Source: a bacterium (GTDB taxonomy: Bacteria; SAR324; NAC60-12). From it: 41,115 nt of DNA. Below, piece after piece: positions 11,801 to 20,705 of the stretch. Numbering within the stretch: the first letter of the stretch is position 1; the number at the start of each line of letters is the position of its first letter. The notes under the pieces are model-generated. The model ran no database searches. It saw nothing but the letters and a program-made list of their open reading frames with translations, and was not told the DNA's origin. Both the position numbers and the translations under genes were made by a program. The DNA is taken from assembly GCA_965233585.1 (NCBI GenBank), contig CBDDTI010000260.1, forward strand, positions 1-41,115, in the 5' to 3' direction.

Positions 11801-14800
11801 TGAAAAAAAACGTGTACATAGAATATCCCAGAGGTGTACATAGAATATTTTTTCAATTCTGGAAGATGTTTTTTTTTGATTTGTTTGAATTATAAAAAAA
11901 ATCACCCATACTGCATGCAGCATAAATGGACATAAATGGAGATTTTTCAAATTTTCATCCCACTAAAATCTTTTGAATTATAAAAATATCACCCATACTG
12001 CAGCATAAATGGACATAAATGGACATTTGTCAAAATTTCATCCCACTAAAATCTTTTGAATTATCAAAATATCACCCATACTGCAGCATAAATGGACATA
12101 AAGGGACATGTTTCAAACTTTCAGCCCACTAAAATATTTTGAATCATAAAAATATTATCCGTACTGGAAAGAATTGGGTCCCCCGAAATGATCAATTTCT
12201 TTTTATATTGTATTAAAAAAATAAGTTTCTGAGGCTCGCCGAAGGGGGGCCCCCCACAACCGGTGTCGTAGAACTATGAAAAAATAATATGTTGCAATGA
12301 ACACCAACGGAATTGGGTGGTGTTCCTGAAAAAATGGATGAATATTTTCACTGGGGACCTATATTCTATGTATGTAATTCTGCAAGGAATTGGGTCCCAT
12401 TCATGTATAAGGGTATATATTATATACGTAATTACCTTTGGGGAGCAGCAACCCTGGATGTCTGAAGTTCCTAAAACGTTTCAACAAAAAAAACAGGTCC
12501 CCCGAAATGATCAATTTCTTTTTATATTGTATTTAAAAAGAAAGTTTCTGAGGCTCACCGAAGCCCCCCACAACCGGTGTCGTAGAACTATGAAAAAAAA
12601 TATGTTGCAATGAACACCAACGGAATTGGGTGGTGTTCCTGAAAAATGGATGAATATGTTCACTGAGGACCTATATTCTATGTATGTAATTATGCAAGGA
12701 ATGCAAGGAACTGGGTCCCTTTCATGTATAAGGGTATATATTATATACGTAATTACCTTTGGGGAGCAGCAACCCTGGATGTCTGAAGTTCCTAAAACGT
12801 TTCAACAAAAAAAACAGGTCCCCCGAAATGATCAATTTATTTTTATATTGTATTAAAAACATGAGTTTCTGAGGCTCACCGAAGGGGGCCCCCCACGACC
12901 GGTGTCGTAGAACAATGAAAAAAACTTACTTTGCAATGAAAACCAATGGAACTAGGTGGTGTTCCTATTTTAAAAAAAGTGAATCTTCCCCTTGAGACTT
13001 ATATTCTATGTATGTAGTTCTGCAAGGAATTGGGTCTCTTCCATGTATAAGGGTATAGATCAATTCCCTTTGGGGAGTAGCAACCCTGGATGTCTGAAGT
13101 TCCTAAACTGGAGAACATTTCAGCAAAAAAAGGTCCCCTGAAATGATCAATTTCTTTTTATATTGTATTTAAAAAATGAGTTTTTCAAGCTCACCTAAAG
13201 TTACCTACCCCTACAACCGGTGCCGTAGAACAATGAAAAAAACCTACTTTGCAATGAAAACCAATGGAATTGGGTGGTGTTCCTATTTAAAAAAAAAGTG
13301 AATCTTCCCGTTGAGACTTATATTCTATGTATGTAGTTCTGCAAGGAATTGGGTCTCTTCCATGTATAAGGGTATAGATCAATTCCCTTTGGGGAGTAGC
13401 GACCCTGGATGTCTGAACTGGAACATTGAAAAAACACCAGGTCACCCGAAATGATAAATTTCTTTTTGTTTTGTTAAAAAAATGAGTTTTTCAAGCTCAC
13501 CTAAGGTTACCCCCACGACCGGTGCCGTAGAACAATGAAAAAAAACTACTTTGCAATGAAAACCAATTGAATTGGGTGGTGTTCCGATAAAAAAAAAGTG
13601 AATCTTCCCCTTGAGACTTATATTCTATGTATGTAGTTCTGCAAGGAATTGGGTCTCTTCCATGTATAAGGGTATAGATCAATTCCCTTTGGGGAGTAGC
13701 GACCCTGGATGTCTGAAATTCCTGAACTGGAACATTAAAAAAACACCAGGTCACCCGAAATGATCAATTTCTTTTTATATTGTATTTAAAAAATGAGTTT
13801 TTTAAGCTCACCTAAGGGAACCCCCACGACCGGTGCCGTAGAACAATGAAAAAAACTACTTTGCAATGAAAACCAATGGAATTGGGTGGTGCACCTATAA
13901 AAAAAAGGTGAATCTTCCCCTTGAGACTTATATTCTATGTATGTAGTTCTGCAAGGAATTGGGTCTCTTCCATGTATAAGGGTATAGATCAATTCCCTTT
14001 GGGGAGTAGCGACCCTGGATATCTGAAGTTCCTGAACTGGAACATTAAAAAAACACCAGGTCACCCGAAATGAAAATGTTCTTTTTGTTTTGTTAAAAAG
14101 AAATGAGTTTTTCAAGCTCACCTAAGGTTACCTCCACGACCGGTGCCGTAGAACAATGAAAAAAACCTACTTTGCAATGAAAACCAATGGAATTGGGTGG
14201 TGTTCCTATAAAAGAAAAGTGAATCGTCCCCTTGAGACTTATATTCTATGTATGTAGTTCTGCAAGGAATTGGGTCTCTTCCACGTATAAGGGTATAGAT
14301 CAATTCCCTTTGGGGAGTAGCGACCCTGGATGTCTGAAGTTCCTAAACTGGAGAACATTTCAGGAAAAAAAGGTCCCCTGAAATGATCAATTTCTTTTTA
14401 TATTGTATTAAAAACATGAGTTTTTCAAGCTCACCTAAGGTTACCCCCACGACTGGTGTCGTAGAACTATGATAAAAAAAAATGTTGCAATGAAAACCAA
14501 TGGAATTAGGTTGTATTCCACAAAAAATGGATGAACCTTCCCTTGGTTTTCATGGTCTTTCACGGTTGGTGTCAAAAAATATAGTTTCTGATGTCCCCTG
14601 AAATGATCAATTTCTTTTCATATTGTATTAAAAAAATGATTTTTTTAAGCTCACCGAAGGGTACCCCCACGACCGGTGCCGTAGAACAATGAGAAAAACC
14701 TACTTTGCAATAAAAACCAATGGAATTAGGTGGTGTTCCTCAAAAAAAGGATGAATTGTATTCAATAGAATGAGTTTTTCAAGCTCACCTAAGGTTACCC

Positions 14801-17800
14801 CCACGACCGGTGTCGCAGAACAATGCAAAAAAATTGCTTTGCAATGAAAACCAATGGAATTAGGTGGCGTTCCTCAAAAATGGATGAACCTTCCCCTGGT
14901 TTTCATGGCTTTTCACGGTCAATGTCAAAAAATCTAAATTTTGAGTGAAAAACATAGGAATTTGGCAGATTTAATGACACATTCCCTGCCACCTGCATTT
15001 CTTTCGAGATTGTCGCGGCAAAACGGCGGGAACCGACATGAATGCCTACCAAATATGTTTAGATTGTAAAAAGAAACTGAAGAAATTGAACTAAGTTCGC
15101 GATTGCAGTGGAAAAAACCATGGTGATCCATGGTGGGAGCCCAGGGTTTTTGGTGGAGCTGAATTTTTCGGGATTGGATCTTCTAAAATGGATCTTCTAA
15201 AATCTTCTAAAAATAAAACATATTCTATGTACCTTTTTTTTCCTTTGAGGGGGCAGGATTGAATTCCGGCATATTCTAAGTACGAGTAGTTCCTTATATA
15301 TATACCTGTGTATGTGCGGAGACATACATATATCTACATGTACACATCACCTGCAAGCAAAGACACTCCCCATGGCTATTAAGTACCCAGAACGGGCCAC
15401 CAGAAAAAGCAGCAAAAATTCCAGGATCTAAGCTTTAGATGCCAAACCCCATGTTCCTTTGCGTTGAATTTTGGCCATGCTGTGGTTCAACAATTTCAGT
15501 TTCACAGTTGTCCCCTTTTGGCAGCCTCGAAAGAATGATTTTGTCAAAAGATCTGAGTTTATCTGATTTTTGGGGGAAAAACAAAATCCACCCGGTTTAT
15601 CACAAGTTTCCCCAACAAAAAAATAGAATTTCGGGGAACCCACACCTCAAGCCTCTCAGCAAAGCCCCTGCCTCGCTCGCAAGCGGTGACAATTTCGTTC
15701 AACGTGGTGATACAGGGTTCCAGGCGGCGACTGGACATCGATGCGTACAAATTCAAAGCCGGCAGCGTCAGGCCTGCAGGAAATGGAAAACAAGCTGGAA
15801 GGGTTTTTTGCACAAACCAACTTTTATATGTTTGAAACAAAAATATGCGTTTTTTAATTTTAGAAATAGGATTCACAATAGGTTTTTATGATGCTCAATA
15901 TAGAGATTTTATACCTCAAATCTCTTAAGGCACCTCCAAGCCCCAGGGCATGGATCACGGTGCCACAGGTGACCATGTCGATCATGTCGATCTCCAAAAA
16001 GTGAAAGTAGCAAAGTGTCCAGGACCACCTGAGTCTATGTAACGTCTATGTGACCATACGTACGGTTGCATATCGTACATTTGTTTTGTTTCAGATATGT
16101 ATGAATATGTTTCGATATGTAAAAGGATCGATGAATCCATCGATTCATAGATGTGTTGTACATCAAGATACATATGTAGATGTTAATAAGATATTGCACA
16201 CATAGGCTTGTATAGATTGATCTATATAGTAGATAGATGTAAATAGAAGTAGGCAAATGTAGATGGAAGCAACTAGAAGTAGGTAGATGGAGATACTGAG
16301 ATAGATGTAAGATGTTAATAAGATATTGCACACATAGGCTTGTATAGATTGATCTATATATATATATAGATACATGTAAATAGAAGTAGGCAAATGTAGA
16401 TGCAGATATCGAGATAGAGATCACTATAGATGCAGATATCTGATTTGGAGACAGACATGGTTCGGGCTCAAAAATTGCATACCAACCCAGAAAATCGATG
16501 AGTTCAGTACTAGCCCATCTAGTTTTGGAAGGCAATTTGCGGTTTCAACCAATCCCATAGCCATGGTCACAATATGGTCACCCCACCATCACCAGGACTT
16601 CCTTTTATTGGCCATTACAAGTGCCTATTCAAGGCGGCGTAATTATCCTCCCATATATATATATACAGTATATATATATATACATACAGTATATATATAT
16701 ACACACATAAATATAAAACCCAACTTTTGACAGAGGGCATGAAGCAGGCGATCACAACCATGGCAAAACCCAAGCACTGGGAGTGAGTACTTGACACGTG
16801 ACACGAATAGCACAGAAGGCAAACCAACTGACAAGGCGAAAGAATAATTCCAGGAAAGTCACGGCATCACGCCACGGCCCCTTGGCCAATCACAAGGGCA
16901 GTACATGAGGGCAGTACACCAAAACGGCGTTGACCGAGATCAGCATGGCTGACGTTTTTATATATGTTAAATTGCAGTAGGCTGCGAAGGCAATCAGAAC
17001 AACTTTCCGACAATCACAGTCAATTGCAATGATGTCAAGTCATTGGCAAAAAAAGCACCTGCATATACCCGAATAAGGAGTCTAAGAACCACAGGCACGT
17101 AAGCTTTTTCCACTGCGAGCACTCTGCAACTCAAAAGTTCATGTGGCGAAAGTCACCATACCATCGCAAGAATATTCACCGCATCATCCAAAACCATTGC
17201 ACATCAAATTGCAGACGGGTCAAACCAGAAACAAGCACCCTCCATTGAAACAAAGAGCATGGAGATAACAACGAAAGCCATCGCAAATCTCAAGGGCAAC
17301 AAGGAAATATGGTTGTGGAAAGCTTGCTTTAGGACAATGAAATCGTACGTGATTAAACCAACCGATGCCACACCACCCACGGACAAAGTGGAACAACAGG
17401 CAGACAATAACATCCCAAGGTGAGTTTGGAAACCAGGTGTACAAAAAAACTGCGGCGCGAATGTCATTGAGACAGGACGCTGCCAGTCTGACCATGCGGG
17501 GTGGAGGCTTTGGACCAGTGGCTACCCAACTTTTGTCCATGGCACATGTAGCCATATGTAGTTATATGTTAAGCCGTTAAGCCTGTTAAGCCTGGCAAGA
17601 ATAGTTCCTGGCTGAGATAAGGTGAATGAATTGGGATACCTGGATTAGACACTGCTCTTCGGGCTCATCCAGGTTCATTTGTTAAGGGTCACCCCAAAAG
17701 TGCTGAACTACTGCAATGCTACCCATCCAATTAATCAACCAAGTTTGTTTTGACCAAAATCCCAATAAAGGTGGCTGAGCTCCAAAAAAAGGTCTATAAT

Positions 17801-18130
17801 CCCTGTGAAATAAGGAGACTTCAGAAAAGGGTGGTTCCGAAATCTTCAAAAACTCACCCCATAACTTTCCCTGTCTGGAGCAGCGCCTCGAGCTTCGCGA
17901 GAAAGCCGAGAGCGCGGCATTTGTGGAGATGCAGTTGGGTCGAAGTCTCTGAATTGCAGTTTCCTTCGGTGGGATCATGGAAAACTTGAAGTAGATCAAA
18001 TCGCTTCGAGGAAACTTGACAGGAAACTGTAGTTAAGTAGTTTTCTTCACAGGAAAGGATCATTCTGCTTTGGAAGTGGATGGTTTTTTCGCGGTGGACC
18101 CATGAATCAACAAACAACCCAAGGTATAGC
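8862..18130. CDS. Second set of non-PPR exon-like islands interleaved with the PPR exons; unknown product, strand unresolved
   Basis: Minus-strand chain 18100-18130, 17592-17639, 15351-15427, 10219-10269, 9843-9882, 9275-9340, 8862-8918 (370 nt) is phase-consistent and stop-free: LYLGLFVDSW|VSQFIHLISARNYSCQ|ILEFLLLFLVARSGYLIAMGSVFACR|QSMASSASLGDVRVNSR|FSKEKDISHEALY|DPIVKDLLIDHNYFSCPFLLMW|ETLVSKLASRSSRSFQICW. Equally good plus-strand islands also exist (8279-8302, 10182-10216, 16596-16633). Confidence 0.35.
9460..9582. mobile_element. ~120-bp MITE-like element
   Basis: Imperfect terminal inverted repeats: GATATGGCAGTGTGTCAA vs the reverse complement of TTGATCCATACCCATATC (13/18). A diverged inverted copy at ~19304-19427 shares an exact 19-mer (9495-9513 = reverse complement of 19366-19384). 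Confidence 0.65.
9610..9719 (-). CDS. PPR exon: (G)SFWLHALQLLSWPQSLVLCGAIITCCSSGSQWQWAQ
   Basis: Acceptor ggcag|G; candidate donor CAG|ga (a GC donor 6 nt earlier is also possible). Continues the motif as ACER-G-SFWLHALQLL. Confidence 0.75.
9610..17963 (-). CDS. Pentatricopeptide-repeat (PPR) protein gene, partial spliced model (4 exons; start and stop not found)
   Basis: Exons 17887-17963, 15934-16028, 15672-15773 and 9610-9719 (384 nt) join in phase to ETAIQRLRPNCISTNAALSAFSRSSRWSWTLCYFHFLEIDMIDMVTCGTVIHALGLGGLTLPALNLYASMSSRRLEPCITTLNEIVTACERGSFWLHALQLLSWPQSLVLCGAIITCCSSGSQWQWAQ. DMVTCG...RRLEP is exactly 35 aa. Donors are GC, GT, GC, GA; all acceptors are AG|G. Confidence 0.8.
11081..11648 (+). 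mobile_element. Non-autonomous element with asymmetric terminal inverted repeats (Helentron/Helitron2-like)
   Basis: The 5' T-run plus TTTTTAAAAGGGATA (11081-11097) pairs imperfectly with subterminal TATCTCCTTTTTCAAA (11599-11614). This is followed by palindrome CTGCGCAG (11627-11634) and GGTTTAATAATCTAT. A degenerate internal ~170-bp duplication is present. Confidence 0.45.
11884..12166. repeat. ~83-bp tandem repeat, ~3.3 copies, inside the TIR element
   Basis: ttttgaattataaaaatatcacccatactgcagcataaatggacataaatgga...cccactaaaatc recurs at ~11884, 11971, 12054 and partially at 12137. Confidence 0.9.
12177..14935. repeat. ~310-320-bp tandem repeat, 7 full units plus partial units, inside the TIR element
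   Basis: The anchor ggtc(c/a)cc(c/t)gaaatga recurs at 12177, 12496, 12817, 13132, 13440, 13749, 14059, 14372 and ~14594. Confidence 0.95.
15672..15773 (-). CDS. PPR exon: (G)LTLPALNLYASMSSRRLEPCITTLNEIVTACER
   Basis: Acceptor cctgcag|G, donor GAG|gc, 102 nt, phase 1 to 1. Classic PPR helix B-loop-helix A sequence. Confidence 0.85.
15934..16028 (-). CDS. PPR exon: (R)WSWTLCYFHFLEIDMIDMVTCGTVIHALGLG
   Basis: Acceptor ctcag|G, donor GAG|gt, 95 nt, phase 2 to 1, matching both neighbouring exons. Confidence 0.8.
16178..16440. repeat. Low-complexity (TAGA/TA)-rich tract with a ~132-bp direct duplication
   Basis: atgttaataagatattgcacacataggcttgtatagattgatctatata occurs at ~16180 and ~16312; taaatagaagtaggcaaatgtagatg also occurs twice. 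Confidence 0.85.
16705..17570. mobile_element. Probable interspersed repeat insertion (~860 bp), unclassified
   Basis: A/C-skewed non-coding block that starts at the end of a (TA)n tract. Direct repeat ACCCAACTTTTG lies near both ends (16718-16729, 17524-17535). Confidence 0.4.
17887..17963 (-). CDS. PPR exon: ETAIQRLRPNCISTNAALSAFSRSS(R)
   Basis: Acceptor gaag|G, donor GAG|gc, 77 nt, phase 0 to 2. 'LRPNxISxNAALSA' matches the PPR consensus. Confidence 0.85.
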
Positions 18131-19507
18131 CTGGCATTCGGTGGCTGTCCTCCAGAATGCTCACTATGTCTCTCCATCTCCCATACTTGCCTCAAGCGCA
18201 GCTTTTTACGTTGCTGTCTAAACGAGGATGAAGCGAAACGGAGGTGTTTGAATACTGAAGTAATAGAAGGCTCGGCTCGGTTTGAAGATGTTCTGGACCA
18301 TCATCCCTAGAGACTATCCAATGGCGGGTAATAAAATTTGAACCATACCTTCCTGACCATGGCTAACACTAGATGATTTCCTTTCAAACGAAAAGATAAG
18401 AATCTCAGATCTACTCCCTGAAGGTATGGCACAGCTATCCAGCCAACCATTGCTAGCATTGCCCTCATCTAAGTAGGTGGCCCAGGTGCCACGTTGATTC
18501 AGACAGGCCGTCAGCGCCTTATCTGACACGTAGCAGAAGGGCTGGCTGCATGAGCCGCCAACGGCTGACACCATTGGCCATGGCTGACACAGCCGCGGCT
18601 GACATGGCCCCTGTTACCTGGGCATCAGGAAGATGGGCCGGCCTGTTACAGAATGGGGGGCTTCAAAACTTGGAGCATACATGAGATAACTATAAGATAA
18701 CTATGAGATGTCCCATGTTTGAGGATATGGATGTAGAGGATGATACAGTAGAATGTCCCGTTTTTGTCCAAATAACGTCAGCTATGGTGGTTCTTACTTC
18801 TCAATAGGCCGGAGGCTGAGTTTCGTTGTGGACGACTCAGTAAATTTGTCACTGCCACTCTGCTTCCCAAGCTTGTATCCCTTCTGTCCTTCTGTCTGCC
18901 TTCGGTCTCGGTTCCCTCCCCTCCTCCTTGGTGAATTTCGTTCGGGCTTCTCTTGGCTTCTCCTGCCGCCTTGTCTCTCTCTCCCTTCTGTCTTGGCTGT
19001 CGGTGTCGAATTTGTCTCCTGACTCCCTTTGTCTCCCCGGCGTCCCTCTAAGTGAAACAGCTTCCACTTCTCTGCTCCAACACAGCCCAGAGCACCACAC
19101 ATGTACTGGCACATCATATACTGTATATGTGCCTGTCAGCTGGGATCAGCATCCAAAATATCCAGGTTGAAAATGTGTCGAAAATGTAAAAACGCCAGTC
19201 AGGAATCCACTTTCCCTAGACTCATCATCCTTTTCCTGTCTAAATGAAGACTTGGTGTGCTTCAATCCCACTGGCAGTGTTGGCCATTTTGGTCCATGTC
19301 AGGCATGGGTGGGTCATGATTTCCCCAATAGCAGTAATACAACAGGATGAAAATCCACAAGACCTCCAGCTATTTTGATGTGAAGGATGGGTATTATGAG
19401 TACCAAGTTCTTGATTCATAGCCATGTGCTACGCAGGGTCAAAATGTCTTTGCCGGTTTGTTCGAGCCTTTCACTGGTCAACTCGGTCAAGTGTCATGTC
19501 ATGACCA

Positions 19508-19793
19508 TAGAGACATAAACCCAGGTGGTATCCCCAACACGAAAGTGGTGATAGGAAAGCGTGACAGCAGCCAGTGAACACCATTCCAGAACCGACACCG
19601 GAACCACCGAAATCTCCGGAACTACCCAGAACCAAGCCGCAACCGGTACCAAAATCTGCAGAACCATCTCGGAACCCACACCACCGGATATGCCACTCCC
19701 GCAACCAGCCCGAAACATGCACCAGCAACTGCACCGAAGCTTTGTCTGGGCTGAGACTTCTAGGCCCTAAGCAAACTCTGTTAGGGGAAAAAA
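19508..19793 (-). mobile_element. ~285-bp non-autonomous element with asymmetric terminal inverted repeats and internal (CCGG/CCAG)AACC subrepeats
   Basis: On the minus strand it starts TTTTTTCCCCTAACAG and has subterminal TGTTGGGGA (plus tccccaaca, ~19531-19539) followed by TACCACCTGGGTTTATGTCTCTAT. Confidence 0.5.
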
Positions 19794-19854
19794 TAAAGGC
19801 TCACCACCCAAGAAAATTCGGAAGACATCTGCTGCACCACCAACCTCAAGGGTC

Positions 19855-20359
19855 CCAGTTGCACAAGGTGGCCAGCCATTCACTCAAGACGGTAGGTAGC
19901 TCCATCAACCGTGGCCCGTGGACAACCCTGTCGTAATAAGGTCAAAAACAAAGCCCCCAGCGAAAAGATCTGTCTCTGAAAATGCAAGCGGAGATGACAT
20001 GTGATGTGATGTTCCAGTTGTTGTTCATAAACTGGAATGCCGGATTGTTCAGTAAACAAGGCATTGCTCAATGACGGATCAAGACAGTGGGCCTGCGCAA
20101 GAAGCAACACTTCAGGACCCCTGAGCTGCACATCACATCATGGAAACTTCATGTCCTACTCGGTCCTACTCAAACATTGAATTTGGTCCACTGCATACTT
20201 GGATCAAGACCTGTTCACGATCATGAATCCCCATGAATCCCCCAATCGCCAAGTTCGACTTGTACACCTCCCAATCAACTGCCGTTCGGAGCGCAACTTT
20301 TTAGATTCAGAGATGACCCGGTCCCAGCATCAGCAGCACCTCTTTGAGCGCAGTGTCTC
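19855..20359 (-). CDS. Three candidate exons of a non-PPR gene, unknown product
   Basis: 20318-20359, 20093-20120 and 19855-19927 chain in phase: (G)DTALKEVLLMLGP|GVLKCCFLR|RVVHGPRLMELPTVLSEWLATLCNW, then either a GA donor or TGA at 19846-19848. An alternative plus-strand chain can also be built from these islands. Confidence 0.45.
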
Positions 20360-20519
20360 CTTAGTCAGCACGATCTGATACGATCTGGATCAAAATTCTT
20401 GTTGTAAACCGGGCTATTGCAGCTATAGATGTGTAGTATACAGTATAATTCATCATAATTCATAATACGTATACCGACCGTATACATGCACATGTCATAC
20501 ACATGTCATATGTGTGTAC

Positions 20520-20705
20520 GGAAAGTTACAGGAAAACGGTCGCGCCACAACAACGGGGAAAAAAAATCTCTGTGTCACAAGAGCCATTTTTTTTTCGGAA
20601 ATTGACACGAAAAGTGCCGCGGCCCAGCTGGAGCACCCTGATCAAGCACCGGCCTTTACACTTACTGTAAGAAACCCTCAGGTGTAGACACACTGTTTGG
20701 GGAAT
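20520..20705. mobile_element. Terminal fragment of an interspersed repeat ending CTGTTTGGGGAA
   Basis: Follows a (TA/CA) tract and ends in the same motif type as the 19508-19793 element (CTGTTAGGGGAA). The family assignment is inference. Confidence 0.4.

Larger units (their letters stand above)
11736..15294. mobile_element. 3.56-kb non-autonomous TIR DNA transposon inserted in a (TA)n run inside a PPR intron
   Basis: Left end AGAAACTACTAGTACATAGAATAT (11736-11759) vs the reverse complement of the right end (15271-15294), AGGAACTACTCGTACTTAGAATAT: 21/24 identity. TA repeats flank both sides. No transposase ORF is present. Confidence 0.8.

Noticed and set aside
12317..14303. Repeated ORFs in the ~315-bp array
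   Set aside because: Homopolymer indels shift frame between units and no domain is recognisable.
15366..16633. Cytochrome P450 N-terminus from a plus-strand join (KIP|GLPFIGHY)
   Set aside because: No downstream I-helix, ExxR, PERF or FxxGxRxCxG motif could be found in later islands.
17760..17805. Extra minus-strand exon DYRPFFGAQPPLL
   Set aside because: It is needed only to rescue an alternative reading phase, and the surrounding sequence looks like a short repeat rather than an exon.
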